A DNA stretch of 64,000 nt from an uncultured Planctomycetota bacterium (lineage in GTDB: Bacteria > Planctomycetota > Planctomycetia > Isosphaerales > Isosphaeraceae). The DNA lies in the NCBI GenBank assembly GCA_963823665.1, contig CAWGMQ010000010.1, positions 800,001-864,000 of the forward strand, written 5' to 3'. Each line of letters begins with the position of its first letter. Within the stretch, counting starts at the first letter, position 1. Positions 36,874 to 45,031 of this stretch are shown piece by piece. A model generated the notes under the pieces. The model worked only from the letters and a program-made list of their open reading frames with translations. It was not told where the DNA came from and searched no databases. The position numbers and the translations under genes are program-made.

Positions 36874-38553
36874 GTGCTTCGGGCGGCCGAGTTTGGCCCG
36901 CGCGGCGGTGGGCCTCTGGCCGGCAAGGTAGCGCTGCTGCTGGGTGATGCCGTGCAAGACGATGAATTCGAGATCTCGGAGTTGGACGCCTGGGAGGCGC
37001 TGGCGGCCTCACTCGCCGCGTGCGAGCAATGGCTGATCTCGGACCCTCTCCGGTTCGCCGAGTTCGAGGTGAGTCGCTGCCCGCCGCGCTGGCAGCACGG
37101 TCGCTGTGTCGAGGTCGACCGGCTAGACCGGCCCAAGCAGGCCGGCGGCCCGAGGTCGGAAGCTTATCCCGACATTTATACATCTACATTTCTCCAGGTC
37201 ATGGCCAGCAAGCTCCAAGCAGAGGAGCATGATCCGGTCGCGTGGCGGTCTGACCCCACACTCCAGCTCGCGGGTACACCGCTCTATGATCTGTGGCGCG
37301 AGTGGGTGCTGAACTGGATCAAGACCCAGCTCGGCAGCGGCTTCCAGATGCTGGTGGCGGATGTCCGCGACTACTATCCCTCGATGAACGATAGGTTGCT
37401 CAGCCTCGCCCTGAACCGGCCTGCACTGGGCGCGGCGGGGCGGGACGAGTGCCTGAGGGTGATCGCCGCGATCAACAGCGTGCCGGACCACGAAGGGCGA
37501 CCCCAGCACGGCCTGCCAGTCGTGCAGGCCGATTTCTTCTGGACCGTCGCCAACATCGGCCTGCGGCCCGTGGACGAGGAGATACGGGCCAACCTGCCCG
37601 AGGTCAACCACACCCGCTGGGTCGACGACTACTTCCTCTCGGTGCGCTCGGATCCGTCAGCGGTCGTGGGACGTTTCGAAGCGATCCTGGAACACTGGGG
37701 ATTGCATCTCAACGCCGGAAAGACGCACATTCTGGAAGGTCGCCTCGATTTCCATGAGGTGTTCCAACCGGCGCGGCACGAGGCCCTCGACGCGCTGTCC
37801 CGCGTGCCGGCGGCCGACCCGGACGGCGTGCTGCTTCGGTACTTGCCGGAGATGGACCGTGATGCGCCCGACACGGCGCGCCTGATCAAGCGGCTGTACG
37901 GGCTCGCCTCGAAATGGAAGTCACCAGTCTTCCTGGGCCGGCTGGCCGGAGACCTCGAGCGCTACCCCGTGGCCGAGCTGGCGGTCGTCCGCTACATGGG
38001 CGCGATGGGGTGGCCCGAGGAGACATGGAACCTGATCGTCGACGGCCTAAACCATCCCCGAACGCACTACTCGCGGCTGGCGCTGATGCGGTCCCTGTTA
38101 CAGTTTCCGCCCGGCGAGCTGTGTGCCGAACTTGTCCTCTCGGAGATGCTCGCGATCGCGAACGGCCCGGCCATCGATGGGACACCGTTCGCTATGGCGC
38201 TGGCGTTGGGTTATGCTCTCAAGTACGCGACTGCGCCGGGGTTCGAGCGGCTGGCCGAGGCACGCCTGCCCGAGGTCGCAAAGTGGCCGTCAGCCATGGC
38301 TCGGCGCGTCGCCTATGAGTTCCTCTACGCCGGCTGCCGGTGGTCTCCGAGTGAGATCCTCCCGTTGCTCCGCGACGATCCCAGCGACGTGGTCCGCGGC
38401 CTAGCGCGGCTGGTGGAGGCGCAATCCGAAGAGGGCTTTCCGCGCCGCCTCCACGCCGCGATCCGCGTCGACGGGGCCGCCCGCCTGACCTGGGGGGGCC
38501 TTGATCGCCTCGTCGCGCGGCGGATCCTTCCTGAGGCGCTGGCGCCGCCCTGA
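36874..38553 (+). CDS. Reverse transcriptase, UG/Abi (defence-associated RT)-like, with alpha-helical C-terminal domain
   Basis: PKQAGGPR (fingers), LVADVRDYYPSM (catalytic Asp, 37360), GLPV..ANIGLRPVD, TRWVDDY (37618-37629), GLHLNAGKTHI; lacks retron NAxxH/VTG motifs and a maturase/HNH domain. Confidence 0.9.
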   Translation: MLRAAEFGPRGGGPLAGKVALLLGDAVQDDEFEISELDAWEALAASLAACEQWLISDPLRFAEFEVSRCPPRWQHGRCVEVDRLDRPKQAGGPRSEAYPDIYTSTFLQVMASKLQAEEHDPVAWRSDPTLQLAGTPLYDLWREWVLNWIKTQLGSGFQMLVADVRDYYPSMNDRLLSLALNRPALGAAGRDECLRVIAAINSVPDHEGRPQHGLPVVQADFFWTVANIGLRPVDEEIRANLPEVNHTRWVDDYFLSVRSDPSAVVGRFEAILEHWGLHLNAGKTHILEGRLDFHEVFQPARHEALDALSRVPAADPDGVLLRYLPEMDRDAPDTARLIKRLYGLASKWKSPVFLGRLAGDLERYPVAELAVVRYMGAMGWPEETWNLIVDGLNHPRTHYSRLALMRSLLQFPPGELCAELVLSEMLAIANGPAIDGTPFAMALALGYALKYATAPGFERLAEARLPEVAKWPSAMARRVAYEFLYAGCRWSPSEILPLLRDDPSDVVRGLARLVEAQSEEGFPRRLHAAIRVDGAARLTWGGLDRLVARRILPEALAPP

Positions 38554-38590
38554 GTCCGCCGTGCGCCGCGGGCGTGATGAGGAGGTGGCC

Positions 38591-38737
38591 ATGAGAATTC
38601 CGGAGATCGCTCAGAACTGGTTCAGCGACGAGCAGCAGCATAACGAGTCGTTCGCGGCGCGCGGGGCCGCTGTGCGAGAGCTCCCGGAGGGCAGCACCAA
38701 ACTTACCGCGCCTATCGAGAAGGCCGACCAATCGTGA
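38591..38737 (+). CDS. 48-aa hypothetical protein within the RT operon
   Basis: GAGGAGGT RBS before ATG 38591; its TGA overlaps the next GTG start (GTGA). Confidence 0.6.
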   Translation: MRIPEIAQNWFSDEQQHNESFAARGAAVRELPEGSTKLTAPIEKADQS

Positions 38738-40013
38738 CCCCCGGCGTCCTACTGCTGATCGGGCAGATCGCTTCGGGCAAGAGCACCGCGGCCCGGGGGC
38801 TGGTCTCGCTCTTTTCGGCGCACTTGGTTTCTGCCGACGACCTATGGAACCGGCCGGGTGGCGCGCAACGCGGCCGCGCGCTCGCCGAACAACTGGAGGT
38901 CGAGCGAGCCGGGAAGTTCCTTGTCTACGAGTGCACTGGGGCCGGGTCTGACTTTGAGGAACTCGTGCAATTCCTGCGCGAGAGGGCGGGGCGAGTCTTC
39001 GTCGTCAAGCTAGCGTGCGAGCTTGACACCGCCCTCAGTCGCCTGCGCCAACGCCCCTGGCGGCCCCCGCACACGAGCGGGACGTGGCGCCCCGAGCTGG
39101 AGCGGACGGCCAAGCGGCTGCGGACGGTGCCGGCTGACTTGACACTCGACGCGACCTGTCTCGGCACGGCCGAGGTGCAGCAACGGATTGCCGAGTTCCT
39201 GGCGGCGGGAGACCGTGAACCACTTTGGCCTCGGCCGGCCGTGCTCCACGGGTCGTTCAACTACTCCATGCTCGCGACGTACGAGCGGTGTCCGCTGGCC
39301 TACCGGTTCCGCCATCTGGACGCCAGGTCCGAGGAGTTTCTCGCCGACAGGACGATTCTGGGGCAAGCGCTACATGAGGTGCTCGCCTGGCTCCACCAAC
39401 CTGAGCGGGCCGGGGAGTTGGCCACCCTCGGCGAGGTGCTCGCGGCGTTCCACAAGGTGCTGGAAAACTTTCCGGGGGCGTGCGCCCCGACCTTCGGGCC
39501 GACGTTTTCCGCGAGGGCGAGGCGATGCTTCGCGCCTACCACGCGGGGCTCTATCTCTTCGACTCGCTTCGGACCGCGGCTGTCGAGCAGACCGCGACGC
39601 TCCCGCTTCGCCGCAACGTCTTGTTCGTCGGGCGGATCGACCGGGTGGCGTGGACCTCGGCTGGTACGCTCGTCGTGATCGACTACAAGACCGGGTCGAA
39701 CCCGAGCAGCTACTTCAACTCCGTTCCCGACCTGCTGCAGCTCGAAGCGTATGCCCTGGCTGCCCAGGGCCTGTACCAGGTGGCGGGCTGCGAGGCGCGC
39801 CGGCTGGATCTGCGGACGAACCAGACGGAGACGCTCACGGTCCTGGCACACGACGCTGCGCGGATCCGTGCGGCACTCCTGAGATGGATCGGGCGAGTGA
39901 CGAGCGACGATCGCTGTGAGGCGACGCCCGGTACAGCCTGCCGATCGTGCTCCTACTACTTCTCGTGTCCCTCGCATCTCGGCGAGCCCAGCCCCGGGCT
40001 CCGCGTCACCTGA
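38734..40013 (+). CDS. P-loop nucleotide/polynucleotide kinase (AAA_33-like) fused to a RecB/AddB/Cas4-like PD-(D/E)XK nuclease with 4-Cys Fe-S staple (frameshift in G-run near 39475)
   Basis: Walker A GQIASGKST, LVSADD, lid ALSRLRQR; FNYSML.TYERCPLAYRF, LGQALHEVL, GRIDRV, VIDYKTG, QLEAYA, CRSCSYYFSCP. Confidence 0.85.
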
Positions 40014-40121
40014 CCCAGAGCGCCGTCGAGCTAACGAACGGTGCGCCGCGAGCCAAAGCGATGTATCACTGCAAACGGGAAGCGGTGTCTCCGGAACCCT
40101 GGGGCGTTGACGTTCAGCCGG

Positions 40122-43100
40122 TCACGGGTGAATATTCCGTCGATCCGCGCTGGGGCCGTTAGCCGCATGACCGGTGAATCTCAAGTTCAGGGCCCGAGCT
40201 GCGCGGATGCGCCGGACCAATTCGTCGAAGCCCGAGCCCGCGTGCTGGTCCGGAGTCAGTGCGTTCATGTCTCGCAAAGTATCCGTGATGCCATCAAAGA
40301 GCCGCCGAATTTCCGCGTAGGTATTCAGGTCCTCCTGGAGCTTGGTGAGGTTGTCTCCTCGCACCGTCTTGAGGGCATCGTCAAGCTCCCGAATCTCGTC
40401 CTCCCAGTGGCGCACGTAGCGTACGCGCCCGGTGGCTTTAAAGATGTTGGCGCCTGTGAGCACGATCGGCAAGATCCGCTCGCGAAAAGCCTGCGCTTTG
40501 GCGATTTCCACCATCTCGTACATGCAGTTCTCCGACTTCAAGTACTTCTCCGAGATCACCACAACAACGCACTTACCTTGTCCGATCCGCCGCATGAAAT
40601 CGCGGATCGAATCCTTGTAGCGCACTTCCTCCCGATCGCGGAGCAGCCGGATGCCGTGCTGGCCCAGCGCCTGCTGAAGCTGGTCGACAATGGCGCAGCT
40701 TTCCGGGTTCCAGGCGTAAGAGACAAACACCTCGGGCATAGCCGGGGGTGAAGGAGTCACCGGCGCGAGTCGTGGCGGCAGGAGTGCGGCCCCGTACTGT
40801 TCCTCCCGCAACGCGCCAGGCAAGACCTCACGCACCAGGCGGGCGGCGTCCACCATTTCGCCGCTGGCATGGCACTGGATTTTCTGTCCCTTTCGCGCCA
40901 TCTTCGCCAGCCTCTCCAGCGCAAATCCGTAGGGCTCCGCCTTGCCCAGGCATTCGGTGCAGGGGCAAGGTAGATAGCGTTCATACTTTAATCGAGGGAA
41001 TGACCCGTGCAGCCGCTCGAACTGGTCATCCACGATGGCCAGCAGGCCGCGCGTATCCGGGCCGTTGACACGAACCCGAATCCTCCGCTGGGTGTACTCC
41101 TCGATGATCTCCCCTCGGGTGCCATCGCGTGCCAGAACCACGCCCGTCTTCCACACCAGCTTCCCCGCATCCGCAATCAGGTGATGGATCGCCACGATGA
41201 ATCGAGTGAGGATTCCCTTGGGCATGAACTCGTACTCGTAGCGGACCACCAGGCCGCCGTCGGGTTCCCAGGGATACGGCGGCCCTTCAGACGAAAGCAA
41301 CTGTGGCGCAATAAACGACCGGTCGGCTTCGAGGGCGTAGCAAAGCTGGAACCTCATCATGAGCCGCAACAATTCGTCGTGCATTCCGGCGTATTTGGCC
41401 TCGGACCAGATGCGCTCGAGATGGCTGGGCGTGAACTGCCCGCGTGCGGCGATCACCTCCGGATCATCCAGCACGCGGTAAACCGCGTCTGTCCCCCATG
41501 ATGGCTTCAAAACAACCGTGTTCTTCAGCAAGGCATCATCCTGGAAATGAAGGCAGATGCCCAGATCGTGCAGATACCCGCTCAACTGGAGCTTGTCCTC
41601 GCGGCGGGCAAACCCGTGCCGCTCGCAGATCTCGAGGTACTCGTCGAGGCTGATATAGTCGCGCGTGTCCTGCTCGAGTGCCTCGCGCACCCGCTTCCAG
41701 GTGGCCGGCAGCCCGACGCCCACATGCGGTAGATTCTCGAGCTCTTTGCGGATGGCCGCGACGACGCGATCGAGACCGCGGTTGGTGGCCAGATTGGTAG
41801 CCAGGGCACACCGGAGGTTCGCGAATCGCGCTCGCAAGCTGCTCAAGTTGATGTCGCGCGTTCGATCCTGCTTTTCATTCTGGACGATGAGCAGCGGGCT
41901 GGCGTCGCTGAGCAATTCCACCACATGCAGCCAGTATGCGAAGTCTGTGTCCTCCTTGCGGTCGTCGCAGACGAGCACGTAGACGGAGCGCCGGGTCAGG
42001 AAGAACTGATGGGTCGCGTGGTAGATCTCCTGCCCGCCGAAGTCCCAGATGTTCACCTGGAACTCCTGCTGTAGCAGCCTCTGCTTCTCGCCTTCGCGCA
42101 GGCGGATAGCGGTGGGAAAGCAACAGCGGATCACGTCGATGCCCTCGGTGGACTTCTCGTCGTGACGCAGCTTGTAGTTCGGATCCGCAATCTTGTGAGC
42201 CAGAGATGTCTTTCCCGCGCCGGCTTCTCCGAGGATGATCAGCTTGGCCTCACATAAGTAGTCCACGCCTTTGTCGGCGCGCTGACGCCAGTAGTCGCGG
42301 ATGGCGTTCAGGCCGTTCCTGGCGACTTCTGCGGGGGGCGACTCAATAGGATTGTCATCGAAGTCGATCCATTTGAGCTCGGGAAGTCGAAGTATGTCTG
42401 CGGGAATCTCACGAATCCCGCATTTCCTCATGCCTAGATAGCTCAGCGAGACCAAACCGAAGATCAATTCCGGAATTGCGTCGAGAGGATTCCGGTCAAG
42501 GTCGAGAGACTTCAGCCGGCCGAGATTGCAAAACGAATCTGGAAGGCCAGACAGTCTGTTATCGAAGGCCGAAAATCTCTCGATGTCCAACTGCCCGATC
42601 CAATCGGGCAGGGCCAGCAGCGTGAGACCATCCAGACCCAGGTCTTTCAGTCGCCGAAACTGCCGGATCCCTTCGGGCACAGCAAGCAACCGCAGTCCTC
42701 GCAACTGCAGACTTTCCAAGGATTCCAGGTCAGCCAGCGGATCAAGAATCCTCCAGATCGTCGGGCTGTACTCAGGGTGCTCCTTACCTATGTGGAGCGA
42801 CCGACCACCGATGATGATCGAGCGAAGGCTGGTGAGCGCCTTCACCTCGTCGACCCAGAATTCTTCACCTTCCTCTAGTGCTTTCGCTTCTAGCGCCAAC
42901 GCGCCGACGTTTTTCGCGTCCAATTGAGTGCGACAGCGGATGTAAGTGCGGTTGTCAATGCCCAGGCCGGGACGGTTCGGGAGGGACTTGATTGGGCAGT
43001 CGAGCAAAATGACGGATCGCAGGTTGGGCAGATCCCAGAGTCGCTCGGGGACGGTCTGCAACCCGGTTCCAGATAGGTCGATGTGTTCCAGGTGCTCTAG

Positions 43101-43247
43101 GGCAAGGACCTCCACCGGAATCTCAGTAAGTTCTGGATTTTGACCTAGCCAGAGCGATTTGGAGTGATTGGAACGGGCAAGCCTCAGCTTCTCGGCGAGG
43201 TCGGGTGGCAAGATGCTTGTGGCCTCTCGGCTTCTCGGGGCGGGCAT
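40122..43247 (-). CDS. LRR-Roc-COR-TIR (Roco family) protein
   Basis: LRRs (L..L.L..N.L..lP), EAKLIILGEAGAGKTSL, STEGID, IWDFGGQEIYHATHQFFLT, COR (YLHDLG, FMPKG), TIR VFVSYAW..YLKSENCMYE; true stop may be near 40187. Confidence 0.92.
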   Translation of the reverse strand: MPAPRSREATSILPPDLAEKLRLARSNHSKSLWLGQNPELTEIPVEVLALEHLEHIDLSGTGLQTVPERLWDLPNLRSVILLDCPIKSLPNRPGLGIDNRTYIRCRTQLDAKNVGALALEAKALEEGEEFWVDEVKALTSLRSIIIGGRSLHIGKEHPEYSPTIWRILDPLADLESLESLQLRGLRLLAVPEGIRQFRRLKDLGLDGLTLLALPDWIGQLDIERFSAFDNRLSGLPDSFCNLGRLKSLDLDRNPLDAIPELIFGLVSLSYLGMRKCGIREIPADILRLPELKWIDFDDNPIESPPAEVARNGLNAIRDYWRQRADKGVDYLCEAKLIILGEAGAGKTSLAHKIADPNYKLRHDEKSTEGIDVIRCCFPTAIRLREGEKQRLLQQEFQVNIWDFGGQEIYHATHQFFLTRRSVYVLVCDDRKEDTDFAYWLHVVELLSDASPLLIVQNEKQDRTRDINLSSLRARFANLRCALATNLATNRGLDRVVAAIRKELENLPHVGVGLPATWKRVREALEQDTRDYISLDEYLEICERHGFARREDKLQLSGYLHDLGICLHFQDDALLKNTVVLKPSWGTDAVYRVLDDPEVIAARGQFTPSHLERIWSEAKYAGMHDELLRLMMRFQLCYALEADRSFIAPQLLSSEGPPYPWEPDGGLVVRYEYEFMPKGILTRFIVAIHHLIADAGKLVWKTGVVLARDGTRGEIIEEYTQRRIRVRVNGPDTRGLLAIVDDQFERLHGSFPRLKYERYLPCPCTECLGKAEPYGFALERLAKMARKGQKIQCHASGEMVDAARLVREVLPGALREEQYGAALLPPRLAPVTPSPPAMPEVFVSYAWNPESCAIVDQLQQALGQHGIRLLRDREEVRYKDSIRDFMRRIGQGKCVVVVISEKYLKSENCMYEMVEIAKAQAFRERILPIVLTGANIFKATGRVRYVRHWEDEIRELDDALKTVRGDNLTKLQEDLNTYAEIRRLFDGITDTLRDMNALTPDQHAGSGFDELVRRIRAARALNLRFTGHAANGPSADRRNIHP

Positions 43248-43445
43248 GGCAGCTCTCCGCTGTTTAGAGTGGCGTCATTCTCGTTGAAGCAACTGCGGGG
43301 TTTCAACTGGGACTTCGGATTCCTCGTCGCCGACCGCGAACCGGGTGGCGACTTGCTCTCGCTCGGACTGCACGATCCTGGCCGGTCGCCGTTCGATATC
43401 GACGACTGGCGGCGGCGATTCAGGCCTTCGCAGGACGAAGCCATA

Positions 43446-43620
43446 CACCCGTTTTTCGGGGTGCAGCCATGCGCCCCTCGCGGAAGGTGGGCGTCTTGTC
43501 GTTTGTCACACCATTCGGGGTGCAGCCATGTGCAGCCATCCACTCGCCCGTGGCGGAAGGTGGGTGTCTTGTCGTTTCCCCCGCGCCCCTGGCGGAAGGA
43601 GGGTGTCTTGTCGTTCGCCC
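43446..43620. repeat. Cluster of short intergenic direct repeats
   Basis: GCGGAAGG(T/A)GGG(C/T)GTCTTGTCGTT at 43480, 43553 and 43592; TTCGGGGTGCAGCCATG twice. Confidence 0.7.
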
Positions 43621-44056
43621 CTTGACGCGAGCCGTCCAATTCGAAGGCCGTTCAACCGGCCAGGGCGATAACAGCGCTTTGATCGCCTCCGTGCCACGCG
43701 TTCTCGACCACAGGCTGCCCCACCGCCACAGTTGCGCTCGATCCACCAGCCCTGCCGATAGAGGATTCCGCTCGACATCAAGCTATTTCGTAATCCCTGA
43801 TCGCAAGTGCAATAAAGAAGGCTACTTGCAAACCATCGGAAGTCGCGTTGCCGATCCGTCGTAATCCGACAATGGTCGAGAATCTTTGAACGCGCATCGG
43901 AAATTGCGTCCGGTTTCGTGAGAATGGGATCTTACTAATAGGGATTCCCTTGGACCGGTCGACACCCGCGATGTGATGCGCAGTTTGCAGGGCGGGGTGG
44001 CACGGTTGCGTTTGGATGCCTTTAGCTCGTCGACAAATCGTACGGAGACGATACGC

Positions 44057-44656
44057 ATGGTACGCCCACGAATCGTTGGGATTGTCTTCTATGGCCTGGT
44101 TCTCGGGCTGATGGGCTGCGCGAGCGATCAGGCGAGGTATGTCTACCAGGATAGCGAGTCGGGCGTGATCGCCATCCCCAGAAACACGCCGAAAATGATG
44201 GCGAATGCCGAAAAACTGATGGAAAAGCACTTTCCCGACAAGAATTATGATGTGGTGCGCACCGTCGAAGTGGAAACAGGTGGGTCGCGATCGACATACG
44301 AATCGGACGTGACCGACGCAGCAAGCAGCCCCCTGCGCAGCGGGGTCTTGAGCGCGGTCAAGCTCAGACACGAGAGAGATCGTAAGCAGGCCGAGTCGAC
44401 AAAACTGTCCGAATGCCGCATCATTTACCACAAACATTTCCCCGGTGGTGTCGCTGGTTTAGCTTTCGCTGAGTCTCCTGACTACACCCCTAAGGTTTAC
44501 TCGGACGCGGTGGCGGAGGAACTTCTTGGGGTCACCAAGAAGACCACCCAACTCGCCAAGGCCCGCGCCAAGAACACCAAGGACGATGCCGTCCAACCGA
44601 CAGCGGGCCCGATCAAAGCGATAAGCCCCCCCAGCTTGGGAGGCAAGGGGGAATGA
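44057..44656 (+). CDS. Putative lipoprotein
   Basis: MVRPRIVGIVFYGLVLGLMGC lipobox; GVIAIP..A.KLM.KHFP..Y.VV. Confidence 0.75.
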   Translation: MVRPRIVGIVFYGLVLGLMGCASDQARYVYQDSESGVIAIPRNTPKMMANAEKLMEKHFPDKNYDVVRTVEVETGGSRSTYESDVTDAASSPLRSGVLSAVKLRHERDRKQAESTKLSECRIIYHKHFPGGVAGLAFAESPDYTPKVYSDAVAEELLGVTKKTTQLAKARAKNTKDDAVQPTAGPIKAISPPSLGGKGE

Positions 44657-44817
44657 GCGGTACTGGATGCGGCGGGAATTCATCCGGCTCCAAGTCCTGG
44701 CCATTCGGGTATTCAACGATTCTCACGCGGTGCAAACGGCTCGGTTTTGCGAAATACCCTTGGTGTCGCTCCACCATGTCGGGATTGGAGACGCGGCCCG
44801 TCCCGAGCGTTTGGGAG

Positions 44818-45003
44818 TTACGCCAGTAGACGCGATGATCGAGCCTCGGCGAGCTCGTTGCCGGCCATGTCCTGGAAGGCGAGTCGCTTCCGCAGCACCA
44901 CAAAAGCTTTGCCGTCGACCAGGTAGACGTCGCGTCCGTCCTGATCAAGGATGCGGAAGTCGTCACCCAAGCAGAAGAGCTTTTGCTTCATCGCGCAACG
45001 CAT
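44818..45003 (-). pseudogene. Truncated LURP-one/Tubby-C-like protein
   Basis: MKQKLFCLGDDFRILDQDGRDVYLVDGK..LAFQDMAGNELA, then an early stop. Confidence 0.7.
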
Positions 45004-45031
45004 GCTGATGCCCCTGGAATGGGTCGAGTCA

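Noticed and set aside
36357..37136. 259-aa minus-strand ORF across the RT upstream region
   Set aside because: Overlaps the RT antisense, is Ser/Arg/Pro-rich and has no recognisable motifs
36874..38553. Classical retron, group II intron or DGR RT
   Set aside because: No NAxxH or VTG motifs, no YADD/maturase/HNH or intron domain V seen, and no TR/VR pair or avd gene seen
39240..40013. CRISPR-associated Cas4 / RT-Cas1 adaptation module
   Set aside because: No cas1, cas2 or array; the nuclease is fused to a kinase, so only the fold is shared
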